40,925 nucleotides of DNA, from the IMG/VR virus record IMGVR_UViG_2671180437_000016, positions 1 to 40,925 of that record; one strand, given 5' to 3'. Positions 25,295-34,661 of this stretch are shown piece by piece; positions within the stretch are counted from its first letter, which is position 1, and each line of letters starts with the position of its first letter. The translations under genes and the position numbers were made by a program. This DNA comes from a virus. Taxonomy: Duplodnaviria > Heunggongvirae > Uroviricota > Caudoviricetes. The notes below the pieces were generated by a model, which made no database searches, was not told where the DNA came from, and was given only the letters and a program-made list of their open reading frames with translations.

Positions 25295-27807
25295 TGCCAG
25301 TCGTACCAACAGTATCCGGACGTCAGGTTGAGAGCCGTGGAGTTCAGTCAGCAGGCTTGCAGACGTTTTCTCAGCCAGGTATTGGTGATGCTTTTGTTCG
25401 GGCAGGGGCAGAGGCTATTGATGTTTTTGGTCAGGCAAAACAGCGTGCCAATATCGCTCTGGCTCAGGAGGCATCTCTTAACCTCAGTCAGATAAGCAGT
25501 GATCTGCTGAATAATCCTGAAACAGGATTGCTTAACCTGAAAGGGAAAAATGCTATTGGAAAAGGCCATGAGTATACGCAGCAGTTTGATGCTCAGGTCG
25601 AACAACTGGCTATGTCGCTGCCGGATGAACAGGCCCGTAATGCTTTCATGCAGCAGGCGCAGCAGCAGCGCATTCAGTTCACTACGCAGGCCGGGCGGCA
25701 CGAGATAGGGCAAATAAATGCCTACGAAGAAGGCCAGTTTCAGGCTACGCTGCTGAACAATGGTAAAAATGCCGCAGCATTGTATGGCGACAACGCCGCA
25801 TACGTATTGGCTAATAAGCAAACTTTCCAGCAAATTGAGGATTACGGCATTGCACATGGCTGGAGTGACGAGCAAATCCAGGCCAAAAAAATCGAGTTTA
25901 AAGAAGCAACAGCAAAAGCAACTGCTCAAAATGCTATTGGAGCAAACTATCTTCAGGTAAGACAGCAAAACGGCGAGTTAAGCGATACTGCTGCTGGTTC
26001 TCGCCGTGCTGTAGCAGATAGTGGCTCTTCCGATCGTACCCGCGGTATACGCAACAATAACCCCGGCAATCTTGAATACAGCAAAACTAATCCGTGGGTT
26101 GGGCAGACTGGTGATGATGGTCGCTTTGCCAAATTCGAAACCCCTGAACACGGTATTCGTGCATTAGGGCGGAACCTGATGTCGTATCAGCGGCAGGGTA
26201 TTGATACCGTCAGCGAGATAATTAATCGCTGGGCACCGCCTACTGATAAAAATGACACTATGTCGTATATCAAAGCAGTGTGCGAACAACTTGGCGTTTC
26301 TGCTGATGAGCCTCTCGATGCATCAAATCCTGATACCCTGAAGGCGCTTTGTGCAGCCATTATCCATCATGAAAACGGTAGCCAGCCATACAGTGATCAG
26401 CAGTTAACTGCAGGTGTTAGTGCTGCGCTGGGGCTTTCTCAGCTACCGACAAAAAATAAACGTTATACCGGTGTAGCCTGGTTCGATGCTTTAAGTGAAT
26501 CAGATCAGGCCAGCGTGTTGCGACAGACTGATGCACTAGCCAGACAACAGCAGGCTGAATATAAAACGATGCTCGACAGCCGGGTTCGCGATGCGACGGC
26601 TGCGTATATGCGTGGCATTGAATTTCCTAACCCACCTGGTGAGGATGATTTTATTGCAGCTTATGGAGTCAGAGAAGGAAACCTGCGATATACCGAGTTT
26701 AAGAATACGCAGATCGCCGGACAGTATATAGGCTCTTTCCGCAACATGCCGACAAGCAGCATTACAGCATATGTTGAGCAATTACGCCCGGATACTGGTG
26801 ATACAGGGGAGGGGTATGCGGCACGCGCAGCTCTTTATGACAACGTTGTTTCGGCTGCAAATCAGGTGATAAAGCAGCGGCAGTCGGATCCTGTGCAGTT
26901 CTCTCTTGCCTCCGGACAGGCAAAGCCTATCGACATGAGCAATAAGGATAACTTTGGACAGAGCGTTGCCTTGCGTGCCGCTCAGGTCAGTGACCTTGCT
27001 AAGTCATATGGCACTCCACTGACGTTCTTTTCCAAAGACGAGGCCAATCAGATCGGTGTTTTCTTTCGTGATGCTCCAGTTTCCCAACAGGCAGCATATC
27101 TCGATACCATCAGGCAGAGCACTGGTGGTGGGCAGGTGTATATGTCAGCACTACAGCAGATCAGTGCCAACGCTCCATCTGCTGCCGTTGCCGGGATACT
27201 GATGGACAAGCCTGGTGGTATTTTGGCAGAAAAAAACTGGTTTAATCCGGATGTTTCCGTGTCTCCTGAAACCGCTGCGCAGACAATTCTTACTGGCGCG
27301 GCGGCTCGTAAAGGTACTGATGATGCGAAAGGTATTCCGATGCCTAAAGATGCTGATCTTCGCCTTGAGTTTTCTGACATGGTGAAGGATGCATTTGCTG
27401 GTGATGCTCAGGGGGCATCAATGGCATACGAGATCGCAAAGGACTATTACGCTGGTGTGATGGCGAAAAAAGGCGTGATATCAGGCGAAATTGACACTGA
27501 TATCTGGAAGCAGGCTGTTAACGTAGCTACAGGTGGCGTGCATGACTATAACGGAATGGGGAATGTCCTTTTGCCGTGGGGAATGTCTGCAGAGCAATTC
27601 GATAAGCAGGTTGATCAGGCTTGGAATGAACAAGTGGTCGGCACCGGGATAAAAACACCGCCTGGTCAGTATGGTTTGCAAAGTTACGGCGATAGTCAGT
27701 ACCTGGTGAAACTTGGTACTGGTTATCTGCTGAAAGATGATGGTTCTCCTGTTGTTCTTGATCTGACACAGAAGCGTCAGAGATTCTCCGGAGATATTCC
27801 GCAATGA
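25294..27807 (+). CDS. Internal virion/ejection protein with conserved 'RNNNPGNL' module
   Basis: Start at MPVVPTVSGRQ (SD CCGGAGGA); about 837 aa; conserved-looking block 'TRGIRNNNPGNLEYSKTNPWVGQTGDDGRFAKFETPEHGIRALGRNLMSY'. Confidence 0.55.
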   Translation: MPVVPTVSGRQVESRGVQSAGLQTFSQPGIGDAFVRAGAEAIDVFGQAKQRANIALAQEASLNLSQISSDLLNNPETGLLNLKGKNAIGKGHEYTQQFDAQVEQLAMSLPDEQARNAFMQQAQQQRIQFTTQAGRHEIGQINAYEEGQFQATLLNNGKNAAALYGDNAAYVLANKQTFQQIEDYGIAHGWSDEQIQAKKIEFKEATAKATAQNAIGANYLQVRQQNGELSDTAAGSRRAVADSGSSDRTRGIRNNNPGNLEYSKTNPWVGQTGDDGRFAKFETPEHGIRALGRNLMSYQRQGIDTVSEIINRWAPPTDKNDTMSYIKAVCEQLGVSADEPLDASNPDTLKALCAAIIHHENGSQPYSDQQLTAGVSAALGLSQLPTKNKRYTGVAWFDALSESDQASVLRQTDALARQQQAEYKTMLDSRVRDATAAYMRGIEFPNPPGEDDFIAAYGVREGNLRYTEFKNTQIAGQYIGSFRNMPTSSITAYVEQLRPDTGDTGEGYAARAALYDNVVSAANQVIKQRQSDPVQFSLASGQAKPIDMSNKDNFGQSVALRAAQVSDLAKSYGTPLTFFSKDEANQIGVFFRDAPVSQQAAYLDTIRQSTGGGQVYMSALQQISANAPSAAVAGILMDKPGGILAEKNWFNPDVSVSPETAAQTILTGAAARKGTDDAKGIPMPKDADLRLEFSDMVKDAFAGDAQGASMAYEIAKDYYAGVMAKKGVISGEIDTDIWKQAVNVATGGVHDYNGMGNVLLPWGMSAEQFDKQVDQAWNEQVVGTGIKTPPGQYGLQSYGDSQYLVKLGTGYLLKDDGSPVVLDLTQKRQRFSGDIPQ

Positions 27808-29606
27808 GTTACTTTGGCCTTAATCCAGTAAATCAGAATCAGCAACTTGACGAAGCAGCATCAAATCCAGCGGGCTTTAACAGCGATGTTGGTTTTTTCG
27901 ACAATGCTGTAGGAGCGGCATTGTCTGGTTTGTACTCCGGGCTGGTGGCAAAGCCAGATCAGTTGCTATGGGCAGGGATGGATAAAATCGTATCCCCGAT
28001 TGCTCAGTTTATTAACGAAAACACCTCGCTCAATGATACTTCAGTTTCATACATTGCCGAGCAGAGAAAACTAGCAGAGCAGCAGGTTAAGCGGCTGACG
28101 CCTGATGCCGCGACAACCGGAACCGCCGGGCAGGTTCTTTATGGGTTGTTCGATATGGGCGGGCAGGCTGTTGTCGGTACAACGCTCGGTGGTCCTGTCG
28201 GAGGTGCAGCGGCGGTAACTTCGCTACAGGGTTTTTCTGAGTTTGAACGGCTGACAGCACAGGGTGTTGATTTCAGGACGGCGCAGGAAGCGGGATTAGT
28301 GCAGGGCATTACTGCTGGTGCCGGAACACTGATCCCTATGAGCCTCGGGTTACGTGCTGGTGGTGCGCTGGCGGAAGGTGTGGCGGCTCAGCTTGCGCGG
28401 ACGGGTGAGAGTTCAGTGCGACGCGCCGCAGCAACAGCAGTACGTGCAACGCCAGATATTGCCTATGCCGCAGGTACAAATATTGCTTTCGGTATGGCAC
28501 AGCGTGGGCTTACTGCAAAAACACTTCGTGATGGTGGCTATAGCGAAATGGCTAACCAGTATGATGTGTTGGATCGACAGGCAATTGCTATTGATGCTGT
28601 TCTTGGGGTGGCGTTTAGTGGTGTCGGCAGATTTATTAACTCTCGCGGAGAGTCTACAAACGCACCAAATTTTTCACCAGTTGATATCGATGCTGCACTG
28701 GCGGCGAATGCCGCTCATCATGCTGAAATTGATATTGCGCCCGGCGTGCCGATCAACGTGCTTTCGCGTAATTCGCACATTCAGGCTCTGCGAAAAGCCA
28801 TGTCTGATGTTAGCCAGGGGAGACCTGTAGACGTTGCCAGCATTGTTGAGTCTGCATCTTTCAGTGAAATTCCTGGTCGCAAGAGTCTGCTGTCTCAGGC
28901 AGTTAATGAGGCTCTGTCATCTGTAGATGATGGAGTAACGGCGCGCGCTATAGAAAATCGGTTGCTTGAAGAACAGGCCGCGCAGCTTTTGCCGCGTGGC
29001 GATAGACAGGTTTACCAGTCTGAAATCGCTAATAGCCAACGAATTATTGAAAATCTCACTGAACAGCGCGCACAAATTCTTGCAGAAGAGCCAACCGGTA
29101 GCGGTAAGGCTTTATCTCGTGCTCGATCAGATAAACAGGCCAGACTTCGCGATATTGACCAACGAATCCGGCAGGCACAAGAACGCCTGGAATTTTCTCG
29201 TAACGCGTTGGCACCGCATGAATCTGGCGGTCAGTTTTTTGAAGCTCGAGCAGAACTGGCACGGCGACTGCAGGTAGAAAGTGAACTTAATGCTCAGGCT
29301 GTTTCATTCTATAAAACAGCAGAGGTCAGGACGCCAGACGAAGTAGCTCCTTTTGAGCCTGATAAAATATTGCAACAGGCAGAACAAAAAATGATGGCGG
29401 ATCAGGCAGGAGATATTGATCTGCGCATAGCTGAAGACTCGCTGCTTGAATCACCTGACATGATAATCACCGTGCTGGATGATGATGGTAATCCACAATC
29501 GCGCAGCGCGCGTGAAGTACTGGATGAAGCGAACAGGGAAAGTGAGCAGGCAATACAGGATTCCAGCCTGTTTGATGTCGCTGTGGCGTGTTTCTTGAGA
29601 GGTTAA
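27804..29606 (+). CDS. Internal virion/ejection protein
   Basis: 600 aa, Ala/Gly-rich N-half and coiled-coil C-half, coupled to neighbours. Confidence 0.5.
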   Translation: MSYFGLNPVNQNQQLDEAASNPAGFNSDVGFFDNAVGAALSGLYSGLVAKPDQLLWAGMDKIVSPIAQFINENTSLNDTSVSYIAEQRKLAEQQVKRLTPDAATTGTAGQVLYGLFDMGGQAVVGTTLGGPVGGAAAVTSLQGFSEFERLTAQGVDFRTAQEAGLVQGITAGAGTLIPMSLGLRAGGALAEGVAAQLARTGESSVRRAAATAVRATPDIAYAAGTNIAFGMAQRGLTAKTLRDGGYSEMANQYDVLDRQAIAIDAVLGVAFSGVGRFINSRGESTNAPNFSPVDIDAALAANAAHHAEIDIAPGVPINVLSRNSHIQALRKAMSDVSQGRPVDVASIVESASFSEIPGRKSLLSQAVNEALSSVDDGVTARAIENRLLEEQAAQLLPRGDRQVYQSEIANSQRIIENLTEQRAQILAEEPTGSGKALSRARSDKQARLRDIDQRIRQAQERLEFSRNALAPHESGGQFFEARAELARRLQVESELNAQAVSFYKTAEVRTPDEVAPFEPDKILQQAEQKMMADQAGDIDLRIAEDSLLESPDMIITVLDDDGNPQSRSAREVLDEANRESEQAIQDSSLFDVAVACFLRG

Positions 29607-29611
29607 ATTAA

Positions 29612-32086
29612 ATGAGACAGGAATGTATACAAGCGGTCCAGCAGGCGGCGCAGCGCACGTTAACGGCGCGAGAAATACAGAACATTGAAGACCGCATTTA
29701 TCGAAATATGCGCTCTATTGCTCGTGATGACCCGATGTCGTGGAGACAACTTTCCGAATCAGAGCGGCTATATCGTGCAGCACAATTGGCATCTGAAGAA
29801 TTACAGCGAGAAGCGGCATTAAATAAACGTCGTGTGGCCCTCACTATAGCCGCACGTCAGAGATTGGATAAATTTATCAATAGCTATCAAGGGGCTGATG
29901 GGAAACTTGGCGCTCTTAACCGTACTATTGCTTTTAATGCAGACGGTAAATCGAATTTCCTCTCTGTTGAGTCCAGAACAAAAGCCACTCGTGATTATGC
30001 ATTGAGTCAATTGCAAGAGGCATTTGAAGCAGTTGATCCTCGCTTTTTTGGCCTGTTTGAAGATGAAGCTGGCGTGCGTGACCTGGTATATGAAATGCGA
30101 GGGCAAAATACTGGCAATGCTAAAGCAAGAAAAGGTGCTAAGGCGTGGAGAGAAGTGACAGATCTACTGCGCCGCCGGTTTAATGATGCTGGTGGGGACA
30201 TTGGCTATCTCGAAAACTGGGGGATCCCTCAACATCATTCTATGGAAAAGGTTGGGGCGGTATCAAAGGATAAGTGGGTTAGCGATGTTATAGGTAAGCT
30301 GGATCGCAAATATTATATCCGAGCCGATGGACAACTGATGAACGATGCCGAGTTGTCTGCATTTCTTGGAGAGGCTTATAACACGATCGCTACTGGTGGG
30401 CTGAATAAGCTTACTGATACCGGAATGCGAATTTCCGGCGCACGTGCTAACCGTGGTAATGCATCACGACAGATACATTTCAAAGATGCAGATTCCTATC
30501 TGCAATATCAGCAACTTTATGGCGATCGCTCTCTATGGGAAATCATGGTCGGTCACCTGGAAGGTATCAGTAAAGATATTGCACTGGTGGAAACATATGG
30601 CCCAAACCCCGATCATGTTTTCCGCTCTCTTCTTGATCAGGTGAAGGCAGAAACGGCAACAGCTAACCCGAGCAAAACCGGTAAAGTCGAGCGGCTGGCG
30701 AACAACACAGAGAATCTGTACAACTTTATTTCCGGAAAGACACAGCCTGTAGCGAATCCGCACATCGCGCGATGGTCTGACAATATCCGCAACTGGCTGG
30801 TTGCCAGCAGACTCGGATCCGCGTTGCTGTCATCGTTCTCTGATCTTGGAACCATGTATCTGTCTGCGAAGGTTACCAACCTTCCAATGAACCAGTTATT
30901 TCGCAACCAGCTTGAAGCTATGGACCCAACGAACCGTACTGAGCTTGCGCGGGCGCGCCGCGCTGGCCTGGCGATGGAATCTCTACTTGGCAGCGTTAAC
31001 CGCTGGGCGATGGATAATATGGGGCCGTCTGTGTCTCGTTGGGCGGCAACGGCGGTAATGCGTGCCAGTGGGCTTACAGCATGGTCAGATGCGCACAAGC
31101 GCGCCTATGGCGTAACCATGATGGGAAGCCTGGGAGAAGTAGTGTCACGGACACCAGACCTTCGTAGCCTCGATGACTCTGATTTTCGTATCCTGAAAAG
31201 TAAAGGGATTACTGACACAGACTGGAGCGTATGGAAGCTGGCGCAACAGGAGGACTGGGGGAACGGTAATAATACGATGCTGACACCGGAAAGCATTATG
31301 CGTATCCCTGATTCAGCAGTTAAACATCTTGGTGAGCCTGAACGCGTGAAATTTGAGGCAATGCGTAAACTGCTCGGTGCCGTAACTGAAGAAGTTGATA
31401 TGGCTGTTATTACACCGGGCGCACGTGAGCAGATGTTCGTAGGGTCTGGTCTTCAGCGTGGAACATGGAAAGGTGAATTAACGAGAAGTGTTTTCCTGTT
31501 TAAATCGTTCCCTATCTCGGTTGTTATGCGTCACTGGTCACGCGCTATGGGTATGCCGTCTGCTGGTGGGCGTGCAGCATATATAGCAACGTTTTTAGCA
31601 AGCACAACCATGCTTGGTGCTCTTTCCATGCAGATTACTGATCTTATTAATGGGAGAAATCCAAAGGAAATGACCGGTGACCACATGGTTAAATTCTGGA
31701 TAAATGCATTTTTAAAAGGTGGCGGGGCTGGGTTGTACGGTGATTTTCTTTTCTCTGACCACACTAGGTACGGGAGCGGCGCGCTGGCGTCGATGCTTGG
31801 CCCGGTAGCTGGTCTGGTTGATGACGTAGTGAAGATAGCTCAGGGCATACCGCTAAATGCTGTGGAAGGGAAGAGTGAGCAGACTGGTGGTGATCTGGTT
31901 AAGCTGGGGAAGGGGCTGATGCCAGGTGCGAATCTCTGGTACTTGAAGGCGGCTCTCGATCATATGATCTTTAACCAGATGCAGGAGTATTTTTCACCAG
32001 GCTATTTGCGTAAAATGGAGCAACGTTCGAAGAAAGAGTTTAACCAGACATACTGGTGGCGACCTCAGGATGTTACTCCGCAATAA
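29612..32086 (+). CDS. Internal virion/ejection protein (large)
   Basis: 824 aa; last gene of contiguous virion block. Confidence 0.5.
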   Translation: MRQECIQAVQQAAQRTLTAREIQNIEDRIYRNMRSIARDDPMSWRQLSESERLYRAAQLASEELQREAALNKRRVALTIAARQRLDKFINSYQGADGKLGALNRTIAFNADGKSNFLSVESRTKATRDYALSQLQEAFEAVDPRFFGLFEDEAGVRDLVYEMRGQNTGNAKARKGAKAWREVTDLLRRRFNDAGGDIGYLENWGIPQHHSMEKVGAVSKDKWVSDVIGKLDRKYYIRADGQLMNDAELSAFLGEAYNTIATGGLNKLTDTGMRISGARANRGNASRQIHFKDADSYLQYQQLYGDRSLWEIMVGHLEGISKDIALVETYGPNPDHVFRSLLDQVKAETATANPSKTGKVERLANNTENLYNFISGKTQPVANPHIARWSDNIRNWLVASRLGSALLSSFSDLGTMYLSAKVTNLPMNQLFRNQLEAMDPTNRTELARARRAGLAMESLLGSVNRWAMDNMGPSVSRWAATAVMRASGLTAWSDAHKRAYGVTMMGSLGEVVSRTPDLRSLDDSDFRILKSKGITDTDWSVWKLAQQEDWGNGNNTMLTPESIMRIPDSAVKHLGEPERVKFEAMRKLLGAVTEEVDMAVITPGAREQMFVGSGLQRGTWKGELTRSVFLFKSFPISVVMRHWSRAMGMPSAGGRAAYIATFLASTTMLGALSMQITDLINGRNPKEMTGDHMVKFWINAFLKGGGAGLYGDFLFSDHTRYGSGALASMLGPVAGLVDDVVKIAQGIPLNAVEGKSEQTGGDLVKLGKGLMPGANLWYLKAALDHMIFNQMQEYFSPGYLRKMEQRSKKEFNQTYWWRPQDVTPQ

Positions 32087-32095
32087 GGAACAACA

Positions 32096-32509
32096 ATGAA
32101 GGAATTATTGCTGTTATCGGTATTTTTGATATCCGCTTGCTCGACATCCTATGATGTTTATGACGGTGTTGATAAGGCATATTGCGACAAAGTTAAAATG
32201 GATTTTTCTCTTGCCAAGACGGCGAAGGATAGTTGTATTGATCACTACGTCAAGACTTATACCAAGCCAGCATCATCGGCATCTGATATTGCTGAAGGTG
32301 CTGTGTTTGAGTGTAACAAGGTGATATCCATCGCAGCGAGTTCTTCATACGATGCTGCTGTATGTGCAATGGCTGAAAGAAACGGCATGTCAGTGCAAAA
32401 AGTTAATAGCATGATAAACAGTAATGACGAAGCCAAAATAAGAACTGATATCAGCTCGGTGAAAAAAGATGCCATGAACAGAGTTGTAAAATATCAGTCA
32501 TCTTTATAA
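32096..32509 (+). CDS. Predicted lipoprotein (cargo; candidate superinfection-exclusion factor)
   Basis: 137 aa; signal peptide with lipobox 'LISAC'; SD AAGGAA; immediately after ejection-protein genes; followed by palindrome and terminator. Confidence 0.6.
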   Translation: MKELLLLSVFLISACSTSYDVYDGVDKAYCDKVKMDFSLAKTAKDSCIDHYVKTYTKPASSASDIAEGAVFECNKVISIAASSSYDAAVCAMAERNGMSVQKVNSMINSNDEAKIRTDISSVKKDAMNRVVKYQSSL

Positions 32510-32511
32510 GT

Positions 32512-32525
32512 CGTGACATGTCACA
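32512..32525. promoter_or_regulatory. 14-bp near-palindrome CGTGACATGTCACA (copy 3, inverted relative to copy 1)
   Basis: Exact reverse complement of 12285-12298; core 32513-32524. Confidence 0.5.
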
Positions 32526-32549
32526 GGCCGCAAAAGCGGCCTTGTTTTT
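32526..32549 (+). terminator. Rho-independent terminator after lipoprotein gene
   Basis: Stem GGCCGC/GCGGCC, loop AAAA, followed by TTGTTTTT. Confidence 0.6.
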
Positions 32550-32709
32550 AACGAATGCCACCGCCGCCAGGGCGGGAATCTGCAGAACGCCCACCGCAGC
32601 GGGAGCCGTCAGCGGCAGTATCGCTGTCGTGCTGGCAACGACCGGCAAAGGCCTGAGTTGAAGCTACCAGAGACAACAAAACGAACAGTGCAGCAAATGC
32701 TTTTTTCAT
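32548..32709 (-). CDS. Small secreted Cys-containing peptide (53 aa precursor), hypothetical
   Basis: Internal ATG (32709) of 77-aa track ORF; 'MKKAFAALFVLLSLVASTQAFA' signal peptide then about 31-aa Gly/Arg/Asp-rich region with two Cys; weak SD. Confidence 0.3.
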   Translation of the reverse strand: MKKAFAALFVLLSLVASTQAFAGRCQHDSDTAADGSRCGGRSADSRPGGGGIR

Positions 32710-32781
32710 TGTGAAATTTCCATCTATAAGCCACCTCAATGTGGCGTCAATGAGTGTAGCACTGACTTTTGTTTCGTCCAC

Positions 32782-32802
32782 AAAAAAGCCCGCGTTGCGG
32801 GC
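32782..32802 (-). terminator. Rho-independent terminator after orphan gene
   Basis: Stem GCCCGC/GCGGGC with plus-strand A-run (minus-strand U-run) immediately 3' of stop at 32808. Confidence 0.55.
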
Positions 32803-32807
32803 TTCTA

Positions 32808-33440
32808 TTAATGCAGTTTATCTTTGCTTATAACCAGTAGTCTGTGGGTATGCACATCTTTATCACTGCCCCAACAGAAATCAGCCCACTGGCTATAGAA
32901 ATCATCCCATGATGTCATGAAGCTAAGAGGTCTATCTTCTTCAGAGCCATCTGAAACGTATACATTATATCCTGGGGTGTTTATAGCCCAAGAAATCATT
33001 CTTTCCCAGAATCTTCTCCCATCGATTGTTTGTTGCTCATCAGATACAACGATCGCATATTGCTCTAGGAAGAACTGAAAAAAAATCTGAGGCAAACCAT
33101 GAACAGCACGGTCATGAATAACATTAGGCGTACGCCATACCATGATCTGCGTACATGTTCTTTTGGCTTCGACGATATCTTCCCGAAAGATTAACTTAAC
33201 CGCATACACCGTTTCTGGAGTATCGCTGGTAGTAATCATTCTGTAATGATCGCCATTACAAGATTTTACAAGGCGATAACCATAAGGTGTTGTGAATCCC
33301 GGAAGAACGAAATCAACCACACCTTTCGCTAAGTAGCTTTCGGTGTGACTAGTGTTCTTCTCAGACATGTTCAGTTTTCTGTCGAAATCTGCTTCTGGGA
33401 TAATGTATGGCATCGCTTTTCTTGTTGTATTTGTTTTCAT
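32808..33440 (-). CDS. Orphan cargo protein of unknown function (210 aa)
   Basis: Strong SD GGGAGGA; AT-rich gene with own operator (33500-33514) and own terminator; no motif recognised. Confidence 0.6.
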   Translation of the reverse strand: MKTNTTRKAMPYIIPEADFDRKLNMSEKNTSHTESYLAKGVVDFVLPGFTTPYGYRLVKSCNGDHYRMITTSDTPETVYAVKLIFREDIVEAKRTCTQIMVWRTPNVIHDRAVHGLPQIFFQFFLEQYAIVVSDEQQTIDGRRFWERMISWAINTPGYNVYVSDGSEEDRPLSFMTSWDDFYSQWADFCWGSDKDVHTHRLLVISKDKLH

Positions 33441-33499
33441 TTCGTCCTCCCATGTTTGGCTACAGGACGCGTTTTGAAGGGAAGATTAAAAACGCTTTC

Positions 33500-33514
33500 T
33501 TACCCGTAAGGTAA
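33500..33514. promoter_or_regulatory. Operator-like palindrome TTACC-CGTAA-GGTAA
   Basis: Identical 15-mer to 5273-5287; about 60 nt upstream of orphan gene start. Confidence 0.55.
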
Positions 33515-33580
33515 TATTACGCGAATCTACATCACATCGCCAATGATTATTTTAAAGGCACATCCCTGTGCCGCCGCCCG

Positions 33581-34267
33581 TCAGAAGAACCCTGCTTTGT
33601 CGTTGATATACTCCGCGTGGGTCTGGATATCACGCAGGCATTTGCTCACACCGACGATGTAGCAGAACATGGTGGTCAGCTCCGCCGCCGCGCCCGATAC
33701 GTCGTGCCCGTCTTCCTGTAACTGGTTCAGCAGATTCATCAGCAGTGAGTTCTCCGTCAGGCCGAGAACACCAGACGGCGAGTGAATCAGACTGCGGTAG
33801 CCGGGCTTTAGTGGGGCGCTGTAGGTTTTGTTCTCTATCTTCATTGCCTGCATCACTGCTGATGCTGTGGCGTTGGCTACCTGGTCGGCAACCATCTTTA
33901 TGCGTTCTTCTTGCGGGAGCGAGTTTTTAATGTAACTTCCGGTGCGGCGGATCTGAGGAAGAACCTCACCTGTAACCCATTTACGAAAGCGGTATGGGAT
34001 AGTGCCTGGTGTCACCGCATCGCGGCAGCGGAGGATCAGTGTGTAGAGGCCTGACTCGTTGATAATATTGGTTTCGCCTTGACGGCCTAAGTTAAATTTA
34101 GCCCTTTCATCATCATCAAGAGATTTTATTGACATAGTGGGGTTTGTCAGTTGAAGAGCTTTAATAACGTCTTTGGCAACAAACCAAGGATTTCCATCAA
34201 TAACAATGGCTCGAATGGTTGCTTCTGATTCAAAATGAAAAACAGATGGGGTTACGTTAGCAGTCAT
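33581..34267 (-). CDS. Antirepressor (BRO-N domain N-terminus, Ant-like C-terminus)
   Basis: Start at MTANVTPSVF (ATG 34267, SD AAAGGTGA); 'VFHFESEATIRAIVIDGNPWFVAKDVIKALQ' is a BRO-N signature; C-terminus homologous to 35413..35670 product. Confidence 0.7.
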   Translation of the reverse strand: MTANVTPSVFHFESEATIRAIVIDGNPWFVAKDVIKALQLTNPTMSIKSLDDDERAKFNLGRQGETNIINESGLYTLILRCRDAVTPGTIPYRFRKWVTGEVLPQIRRTGSYIKNSLPQEERIKMVADQVANATASAVMQAMKIENKTYSAPLKPGYRSLIHSPSGVLGLTENSLLMNLLNQLQEDGHDVSGAAAELTTMFCYIVGVSKCLRDIQTHAEYINDKAGFF

Positions 34268-34533
34268 AGTGATCACCTTTGTAGTTAGGTTAATCACCAC
34301 TACCGACGCCAATCGGTTGGTGGTGAACTGTGCAGGGTTGGCGTAACCGGCTACAAAGGACCCGGCGCACCTTTCGGTGCCCCCACACAGCCCACCATAG
34401 AATAGGTGCGCTTTACACATAAAAAAACCGCTTATGCGGCATATGTGCCCCTGTAGTAATCCGGGACGCCAATCCCGGCACTGGATTTTGCCAGTACCCG
34501 ATTACTATGGCACAAGAGGAGTGCAATGTAAAT

Positions 34534-34548
34534 TTACCGCAAAGGTAA
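34534..34548. promoter_or_regulatory. Operator-like palindrome TTACC-GCAAA-GGTAA
   Basis: Perfect site in 394-bp divergent spacer; followed by CAACC-N6-GGTTG inverted repeat (34575-34590). Confidence 0.55.
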
Positions 34549-34626
34549 TGATAAACGCGAAGAAATATTAAAATCAACCGTATTTGGTTGATTGCGTTTA
34601 ACGCTTGATCACCTGAAAGCAAGATA

Positions 34627-34641
34627 TTACCTTTAAGGTAA
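34627..34641. promoter_or_regulatory. Operator-like palindrome TTACC-TTTAA-GGTAA
   Basis: Perfect site 20 nt upstream of ATG 34662. Confidence 0.55.
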
Positions 34642-34661
34642 TGTTATTGTGAGGAAAAGCA

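Noticed and set aside
34413-34622. 69-aa minus-strand ORF and about 45-codon plus-strand ORF in the ant upstream spacer
   Set aside because: No SD, they overlap the hairpins and operator sites, and their composition is odd; the region is better explained as a structured leader.
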